A DNA stretch of 13,198 bases from Candidatus Latescibacterota bacterium (lineage in GTDB: Bacteria > Latescibacterota > UBA2968 > UBA8231). A program made the position numbers and the translations under genes. The notes beneath the pieces were generated by a model. It made no database searches. It had not been told where the DNA came from and saw nothing but the letters and a program-made list of their open reading frames with translations. Positions 7,592 to 13,198 of the stretch are shown piece by piece; position 1 is the first letter of the stretch; the number at the start of each line of letters is the position of its first letter. The stretch lies in the NCBI GenBank assembly GCA_965205655.1, contig CBDBIJ010000150.1, forward strand, positions 1 through 13,198. The letters are read 5' to 3'.

Positions 7592-8730
7592 CAAGCGCCA
7601 AACGTCTCCTTCATTTTCTCGAAGAAGCTCTTCCCTTCCGAATTCGCCTTCTGCCTTTGAATCTGGTCGAGGGTCTCCAAGAGACGGCGCTCGTCACCGG
7701 TGAGACCGGTAGGTGTCCAGACCACGACCTCGACAAGCTGGTCGCCCACGCCGCGACCATCGACGTCCGGGATCCCCTTGTTGCGCAGGCGGAACACCCG
7801 GCCGGACTGGGTCCCTGCCGGAATTTTCATCTTCACCTTGCCGAGCAGGGTCCGAACCTGAACATCGTCGCCCAGCGCCGCCTGGCTGATGGTGATTGGG
7901 AGTCTGTAGAGGACATCATTCCCGTCTCTGGCGAACTCGTCGTGCTCCTTCTCTTCGACGAAAACGAGACAGTCGCCGGAGGGCCCACCCCTGGGTCCCA
8001 CCTCCCCCTGGCCGCGGAGGGGAATGTAGTTGCCCGAGCTGACGCCGGCGGGGATCTTGACAGTGAGCTTTGCCGTCGCCCGAACCCTGCCCTCGCGGCA
8101 CTCGGTGCACGGATCCGATATGATTCGGCCCTGACCCTCACAGGTAGGACATGCGGTGACCGTCACGGACTGTCCGAGAAAGGACCGCGCCACTTGTTGC
8201 ACCTGACCGACCCCGCCACAAGTATCGCACGTCCTGGTCCCCGACCCGGAGGCGGCTCCCGAACCGCTGCATACATCGCATTTCTCGAGACGGCTCAGAT
8301 TGATCGTTTTCTCGACCCCAAGAGCGATCTCCTCGAGCGTCAGCTCGATAGCGATACGCAGATCACGTCCGCGCGGCGGGCCGGAAGGACCACGCTGACG
8401 GCGCCCGCCTCCGAATATACTCCCGAAAAAATCGCCGAAGAGATCCTCGAAATCGGTTGCGTGGCTGAAGTCCGACCACTGAAATCCGCCGCGGCCAAAG
8501 CTCCCTTCCACCCCGGCGTGTCCGAACCTGTCGTACGCAGAGCGCTTTTCCGCATCGCCGAGAATTTCGTACGCCTCTGAAGCTTCCTTGAACTTCGATT
8601 CCGCTTCGCTGTTTCCGGGGTTTTTGTCGGGGTGATACTTCAGCGACAACTTCCGATAGGCGCTCTTGATCTCACCTTCACTCGCCCCCGTTTCAAGGCC
8701 GAGGACCTCGTAGTAGTCGCGTGTAGCCAT
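7591..8730 (-). CDS. dnaJ: Chaperone DnaJ (class A)
   Basis: J domain with HPD (KYHPDKNPG), a G/F-rich region, four CxxC zinc-finger repeats and the C-terminal substrate-binding domain. Confidence 0.98.
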   Translation of the reverse strand: MATRDYYEVLGLETGASEGEIKSAYRKLSLKYHPDKNPGNSEAESKFKEASEAYEILGDAEKRSAYDRFGHAGVEGSFGRGGFQWSDFSHATDFEDLFGDFFGSIFGGGRRQRGPSGPPRGRDLRIAIELTLEEIALGVEKTINLSRLEKCDVCSGSGAASGSGTRTCDTCGGVGQVQQVARSFLGQSVTVTACPTCEGQGRIISDPCTECREGRVRATAKLTVKIPAGVSSGNYIPLRGQGEVGPRGGPSGDCLVFVEEKEHDEFARDGNDVLYRLPITISQAALGDDVQVRTLLGKVKMKIPAGTQSGRVFRLRNKGIPDVDGRGVGDQLVEVVVWTPTGLTGDERRLLETLDQIQRQKANSEGKSFFEKMKETFGA

Positions 8731-8776
8731 TCAGTTCAGGTGGTCGGTCGCGGTCGATCGCCTCGGTCAAGTTCCA

Positions 8777-10780
8777 TCATTTCTTTTTTTCTCCCTCGCC
8801 AGCATCATCGTCGTCCACAATCTCGAAATCCGCATCGACCGCTCCATCGCCGACGTTGGCAGACTCGGCCTGCTGTTGTTGCGGCCCCGCACCTGGAGGC
8901 GGTGGTGCGGCCCCTCCCGGGGGGGGGGCCTCACCCTGGGCGTCGGCTTGCTGCTGGGCTGTCTGGTAGATGATTTCGGCGAGTTTGTGGGAGGCTGTTT
9001 TGAGTTTGTCCATGGCTGCCTCGAGGGCCGTATCGTTCATGCCGCTGCCATCGTCGCCGGCCGCCTCGAGGATCTTCTTCAACTCCTCGAGGGCGTCTGC
9101 CACCTCAGCCCGCTCTTGTTCGGGCAGCTGCTCGCCGTGCTCGGCCAGCGTCTTCTCGGTGCTGTAGACGAGCTGGTCGGCTTCATTGCATTTGTCCACC
9201 CGCTGTCGACGCTGTTGGTCTTCCTTAGCATGAACCTCGGCGTCTTTCTGCATCTGATCGATCTCCTCTGGAGACAGACCCGACGAGGCCTCGATACGGA
9301 TCGACTGCTCCTTGGCCGTGCCCTTGTCCTGTGCCGACACGTTCAGAATCCCGTTGGCGTCGATGTCGAAGGTCACCTCGATCTGCGGCATGCCGCGAGG
9401 CGCCGAGGGGATGCCGTCGAGGTGAAACCGACCCAGGGTGCGGTTGTCCCGGGCAAACTCGCGCTCGCCCTGCAACGCGTGCACCTCCACCGAAGGCTGA
9501 CTGTCCGCCGCCGTCGAGAAAATCTGGCTCTTCTTCGTGGGAATCGTCGTGTTGCGCTCGATCAGATGGGTCATCACCCCACCCAACGTCTCGATGCCCA
9601 ATGACAACGGCGTCACGTCCAACAGCAGCACGTCGTCCACCTCACCAGCCAACACCCCCGCCTGGATCGCCGCCCCCATGGCCACCACCTCGTCCGGGTT
9701 CACCCCCCGATGCGGCTCCCGGCCGAACAGGTCCGCCACCAGAGCCTGCACCTTCGGCATGCGCGTCGAGCCGCCCACCAGAATGACCTCGTCGATGTCC
9801 GAGGCGCTCACATCCGCATCGGCCAACGCCTGCTCGCACGGACGACGGGTGCGCTCCACCAAATCGTCGACGAGCTGCTCGAACTTCGCCCGGCTCACAC
9901 TCTGCTGCAGATGCTTGGGACCAGTCTGGTCCGCCGTCACGAACGGCAGGTTGATCTCCGTTTGACCAGACGACGACAACTCGCACTTCGCCTTCTCGGC
10001 GGCTTCCTTCAACCGCTGCAGCGCCATCGGGTCCTTGCGCACATCGATGCCCTCGGCCCGCTCGAACTCCTCCGCCAGCCAGTCGATGATGCGCTGATCA
10101 AAATCGTCACCGCCCAGATGGGTGTCCCCGTTCGTCGACTTCACCTCGAACACCCCGTCGCCCAACTCCAATATCGAAATGTCGAACGTGCCGCCACCTA
10201 AATCATACACCGCGATCTTCTCCGAATGACCGGCCCCCTTGTCCAGCCCATACGCCAACGCCGCCGCCGTCGGCTCGTTGACGATGCGCAACACATCCAA
10301 CCCGGCAATCTGGCCGGTGTCCTTCGTCGCCTGACGCTGGGCGTCGTTGAAATACGCCGGCACCGTGATCACCGCCTGTGACACCGGCTCACCCAGATAA
10401 TCCTCGGCCGTCTGCTTCATCTTCTGAAGCACCATCGCCGAAATCTCCGGCGGCGTATACTCACCACCACCAACCTGCGCCACCGCCAGATCGCGAGGAC
10501 CCGTCGACACCTCGAACGGCACCTCGGTAATCTCCTGAGACACCTCCTCATACCGACGACCCATAAATCGCTTGATCGAAAACACCGTGTTCGTCGGGTT
10601 CGTCACCGCCTGACGCTTCGCCGTCTGACCCACCAGACGCTCACCGTCCTTGGCAAACGCCACCATCGACGGCGTCGTTCGGCCTCCCTCCGAGTTGGCG
10701 ATCACCTCCGGCTCCTTCCCCTCCATCACCGCCACACACGAGTTCGTCGTACCCAAGTCTATGCCGATTACCTTCGCCAT
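8777..10780 (-). CDS. dnaK: Chaperone DnaK (Hsp70)
   Basis: [37 protein letters not shown], the linker [16 protein letters not shown] and C-terminal [18 protein letters not shown] precedes the start. Confidence 0.99.
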   Translation of the reverse strand: MAKVIGIDLGTTNSCVAVMEGKEPEVIANSEGGRTTPSMVAFAKDGERLVGQTAKRQAVTNPTNTVFSIKRFMGRRYEEVSQEITEVPFEVSTGPRDLAVAQVGGGEYTPPEISAMVLQKMKQTAEDYLGEPVSQAVITVPAYFNDAQRQATKDTGQIAGLDVLRIVNEPTAAALAYGLDKGAGHSEKIAVYDLGGGTFDISILELGDGVFEVKSTNGDTHLGGDDFDQRIIDWLAEEFERAEGIDVRKDPMALQRLKEAAEKAKCELSSSGQTEINLPFVTADQTGPKHLQQSVSRAKFEQLVDDLVERTRRPCEQALADADVSASDIDEVILVGGSTRMPKVQALVADLFGREPHRGVNPDEVVAMGAAIQAGVLAGEVDDVLLLDVTPLSLGIETLGGVMTHLIERNTTIPTKKSQIFSTAADSQPSVEVHALQGEREFARDNRTLGRFHLDGIPSAPRGMPQIEVTFDIDANGILNVSAQDKGTAKEQSIRIEASSGLSPEEIDQMQKDAEVHAKEDQQRRQRVDKCNEADQLVYSTEKTLAEHGEQLPEQERAEVADALEELKKILEAAGDDGSGMNDTALEAAMDKLKTASHKLAEIIYQTAQQQADAQGEAPPPGGAAPPPPGAGPQQQQAESANVGDGAVDADFEIVDDDDAGEGEKKK

Positions 10781-10810
10781 CGCCTTACTCCCTCTTCGAC
10801 TACGTAGATT

Positions 10811-11501
10811 TCAGGAATCTGTCGATTCGGATTCGAGATCGGGCGATTCGGAGGATTCCAGATCGGACGATTTGGAATCCCCTTCACTGCCTTCATGCGC
10901 GGGTTGTCCGCCACTTGCTGCTTTGCAGACCACTACACGCGCCGGCCTCAGAACCCGTTCACGCAGCTTGTACCCTTTTTTCCATCTCTTCGATGACCGT
11001 TCCCGGAGAGTGCTCGGCGCTCTCCACCTCGAGCATAGCTTCGTGGACGTTGGGGTCAAAGCGCTCCCCCAGCGCCTCGATCTCCTCGAGGCCATACCCC
11101 TTCAAGATGTCCTGAAACTGATTGAATATGAGCTCCACGCCCTGTATGATGGCCGCCGCGTCCGCACGCTCCTGCGAGAGAGCTCTTCTCATATTGTCGA
11201 GCATCGGGGCGATCTGAAGCAGAATGTCCCGAATCGTCTCCTCCCTGCTCTCCGCCCGCATCCTGACGGTACGCTTGCGGTAGTTGTCCAGCTCCGCCGC
11301 TGCTCTCAGATAGCGGTCGTAATGCTCGGCTGCCTCGGATTTCGCCTTCTCGAGCTCCATGGCCGGATCGGCGGCAGCCGCAGAGGCTTCATCACCATCG
11401 GTCACGTCAGGCGCTGCCGGCTCCGCGGCGTCCTCACTCAAGACCTGCTCGTCTCTCAAGGACTCGTCCTGGGACCCTTCGTGTTCGTCTCCACCTTGCA
11501 T
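10811..11501 (-). CDS. grpE: Nucleotide exchange factor GrpE, interrupted by a one-base frameshift at about 10976-10981
   Basis: ORF 10959..11501 gives YLRAAAELDNYRKR and FDPNVHEAM. The conserved ending KGYKLRERVLRPARVVV is in the adjacent frame (ORF 10811..11095). Removing one A from the A6 run joins them as ...EEMEKGYKLRERVLRPARVVV, ending at TGA 10811. Confidence 0.92.
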
Positions 11502-11601
11502 AGTCAGATGTACCTGTCCTCCTGGCTTCCAGCGGGCCGTACCTGGTCCTGGTGGGTTGAAAGCAGAATGGGAACGCGGGAAGGGCGTCTGCCCCCGTCC
11601 G

Positions 11602-12628
11602 TCAACTCACAAGCTCAGCTGCCTGTGTAGCGGCGTAGTCGACGAGGGCAACCAGCCGTTTGTACGGCATGCGAGTCGGCCCCAGAACTCCCACGACCCC
11701 CACGGCGCCATTTACGTCGTAGCTCGCGGTAACCATACTGCACTTGTGCATCTCCCTGGCCTCGTTCTCCTCCCCGATCGTCACTACCACACCTTCCCGG
11801 CCCGACAGCAGATCGGCGAGCCCGTCCTTCCTCTCTACCAGGTCCATGAGCCCGGCGACTTCGATCGAGTCGCGCAACTCCGGATGCAGGAAGATGTGAC
11901 GCACCCCGGCCACGTGCAGATCGTCGCCGCCTGCATTCGCCAGCGATTCTAGTTCCTCGGCCACCAGGCGCAACAGCTGCGGGTTTCCCACGGAGGCGGA
12001 ATCGACGCGGTTCCGCACCGTCCCTCGAACTTCGGCCATGGTGAGTCCGCCCAGGCGCTCGTTAAGCAGCTGGCAGACCTTTTCGATGTCGCGTTGGGAC
12101 ACGCTGCTGCCAACTTCAATGACCAGACTTCGCACCGGGCCGCGGTGAATGGTCGCGACCAGGAGTAGCCGTCGCTCATCGAGCCGCACCAGCTCCACTC
12201 GTTCGAAGATTCCGCGCTCGAAGCGGGGCGCCAGGGCCAAGCCGAGCTGCCGGGACACATCGCAGATGATCGCTGCCAGCTGACCGTGGATCTCGTCGAC
12301 ACGCCCCTGCTGCTGGGTGCTCTCGAACTGGCGCCTGAGGTGCTGTGCCTCCTCGAAGGGCGGCCCGACCTTGTCCGCCAGCGCTTCCTCGGCGTACACC
12401 CGATACCCCTTGTGTGTCGGCAGACGACCAGCTGATGTGTGGGGTTGGGTTATGAAGCCTTTCTGCTCCAGACTTCCCAGGTCCTTGCGTATCGTCGCCG
12501 GGCTGAAGTCGAAGCCCTCCCCGCTTGAGGATGGTGGTGGACCCCACAGGAGCGCCGAGGTCGACGTAGGCTCGCACGACGGCCTCGAGGATCAAAAGCT
12601 CTCGGCTGGAGAGGTCTTCGCTAACCAC
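11602..12628 (-). CDS. hrcA: Heat-inducible transcription repressor HrcA, interrupted by a one-base frameshift at about 12519-12522
   Basis: The N-terminus (LSSRELLILEAVVRAYVDLGAPVGS) is in one frame. FSPATIRKDLGSLEQKGFITQPHTSAGRLPTHKGYR is in the frame of ORF 11602..12399, which ends with the HrcA motif GVVGVLGPTRMPY. Removing one G from the G4 run gives KREGFDFSPATIR and restores a single ORF. Confidence 0.93.
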
Positions 12629-12681
12629 TTGTTGGCTTTCGAGAATAGGGGTTTTGTGGTCGCTGGCTCAGATGACTGAAA

Positions 12682-12708
12682 GTCGTAGAGGACCGAAGGT
12701 CCTCCGAC
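12682..12708. promoter_or_regulatory. Inverted repeat or hairpin in the hrcA leader
   Basis: The + strand reads GTCG-TA-GAGGACC-GAA-GGTCCTC-CGAC: a 7-bp perfect core extended by 4 bp past a 2-nt bulge. Function is inferred only from position. Confidence 0.55.
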
Positions 12709-12716
12709 ACCTATAT

Positions 12717-12722
12717 AGTATA
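12717..12722 (-). promoter_or_regulatory. Putative -10 element (TATACT) of the hrcA-grpE-dnaK-dnaJ promoter
   Basis: TATACT on the minus strand, in the most AT-rich patch upstream of hrcA. No convincing -35 at 17 bp. Confidence 0.4.
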
Positions 12723-12784
12723 GACTTAGAGAGCCGATCGCCAGCGGCAATCGCGCGCCGGCGGGCTGGTGGGACGATGCTGAT

Positions 12785-12816
12785 AACAAAAGAAGGGGTA
12801 GGCTATGGCCTACCCC
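12785..12816 (-). terminator. Rho-independent terminator downstream of the FlgM-like gene
   Basis: The minus strand reads GGGGTAGGC-CATA-GCCTACCCC, a 9-bp perfect stem, followed by TTCTTTTGTT. Confidence 0.85.
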
Positions 12817-12847
12817 CCAGAATAGTCAAAGATGAAAACCGAGAATC

Positions 12848-12882
12848 GATCGCTAGGCGACTGGAGATCGCTAGGCGATCTC
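12848..12882. repeat. 13-bp direct repeat (GATCGCTAGGCGA x2, period 18) with an 8-bp inverted repeat over the stop codon
   Basis: 12848-12860 is identical to 12866-12878. GAGATCGC-TAG-GCGATCTC at 12864-12882 overlaps the stop codon at 12871-12873. Confidence 0.9.
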
Positions 12883-13197
12883 GTCCAGAAATCCGTCGAT
12901 CGTTTCCCTGCGGACGTCGGTCTGGTCGTAGAATTGGGCGCCGGCGGCGTTGAGGTGCCGCCGCACCTGATCCACCCGCTCTTCCCGGACGTCGGGAACT
13001 TCGGCCAGTTGCTCGCGCGCCGCCTTCACCTGGACGATGTCGTCGACCACGTCCTTCATACTTCTGGAATGCAGCACGCGGTCGGCGATCTGCTCCCGTA
13101 CCACCTGGGAGTCGTAGTGTCCGGAGTTGACCTTCTGCTTGATCTCCTCGAGACGGGGATTGAGCACCTCGGCCGACTTGGCGGCGGCCGACAGCTC
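12871..13197 (-). CDS. FlgM-like anti-sigma-28 family protein with two tandem C-terminal repeats; 5' end outside the window
   Basis: The frame is open to the window edge: ELSAAAKSAEVLNPRLEEIKQKVNSGHYDSQVVREQIADRVL...AAREQLAEVPDVREERVDQVRRHLNAAGAQFYDQTDVRRETIDGFL. Both halves resemble the FlgM pattern ELS...A...P.VR.EKV..LK..I..G.Y......IA..L. Recognised by eye. Confidence 0.65.
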   Translation of the reverse strand, partial: ELSAAAKSAEVLNPRLEEIKQKVNSGHYDSQVVREQIADRVLHSRSMKDVVDDIVQVKAAREQLAEVPDVREERVDQVRRHLNAAGAQFYDQTDVRRETIDGFLDEIA

Positions 13198-13198
13198 T

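Noticed and set aside
6623..8580. 345-aa and 350-aa + strand ORFs opposite mrp and dnaJ
   Set aside because: Antisense shadows of clearly identified genes.
10974..10982. AAAAAAG in grpE as a dnaX-type -1 slippery site
   Set aside because: The heptamer is not in the A-AAA-AAG phase (codons are GAA AAA AGG), and the repair needs +1, not -1.
8876..11630. Long + strand ORFs antisense to dnaK and grpE (8876..9604, 9710..10201, 10650..11630 and others)
   Set aside because: These are shadow ORFs expected opposite GC-rich conserved genes. They have no recognisable motifs, and antisense ORFs opposite dnaK are a familiar artefact.
12176..12515. C-terminal two-thirds of ORF 12176..12628 as a separate protein
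   Set aside because: It is out-of-frame read-through past the hrcA frameshift; the conserved HrcA motifs are in the other frame.
12714..12740. TATA-N15-GCCGATCG on the + strand, resembling a sigma-28 promoter antisense to the FlgM-like gene
   Set aside because: Three mismatches to TAAA-N15-GCCGATAA, overlap with the likely hrcA -10, and no credible downstream gene. Chance is a sufficient explanation.

Overview
A GC-rich bacterial chromosomal window of mostly housekeeping genes. It is probably from a diderm, since DnaK carries the Gram-negative-type N-terminal insert; the lineage cannot be fixed from sequence alone. The + strand holds the 3' end of a dihydroorotase (pyrC) and an uncharacterised exported or membrane protein. 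The - strand, read right to left, holds: a partial gene with two tandem FlgM-like anti-sigma repeats and a terminator; the heat-shock cluster hrcA-grpE-dnaK-dnaJ and a terminator; mrp/apbC, an orphan nuoB-like gene, prmA, rsmE, aroQ and an SH3-TPR-TM-coiled-coil protein; and, further left, an RNase HII-YraN fusion. hrcA and grpE each carry a one-base frameshift in a short homopolymer, most likely a sequencing error. The most unusual items are: (1) an mrp plus stand-alone NuoB-like Fe-S module inserted between dnaJ and prmA, with no other complex I genes in the window; (2) the RNase HII-YraN fusion, with a clamp-binding-like SLSLF motif in the linker; (3) the doubled FlgM-like domain; (4) no canonical CIRCE operator, a diverged HrcA recognition helix and a different palindrome in the leader; (5) duplicated triloop palindromes over two stop codons; (6) an apparent codon-usage break inside dnaK. 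No mobile elements, CRISPR arrays or RNA genes were recognised.
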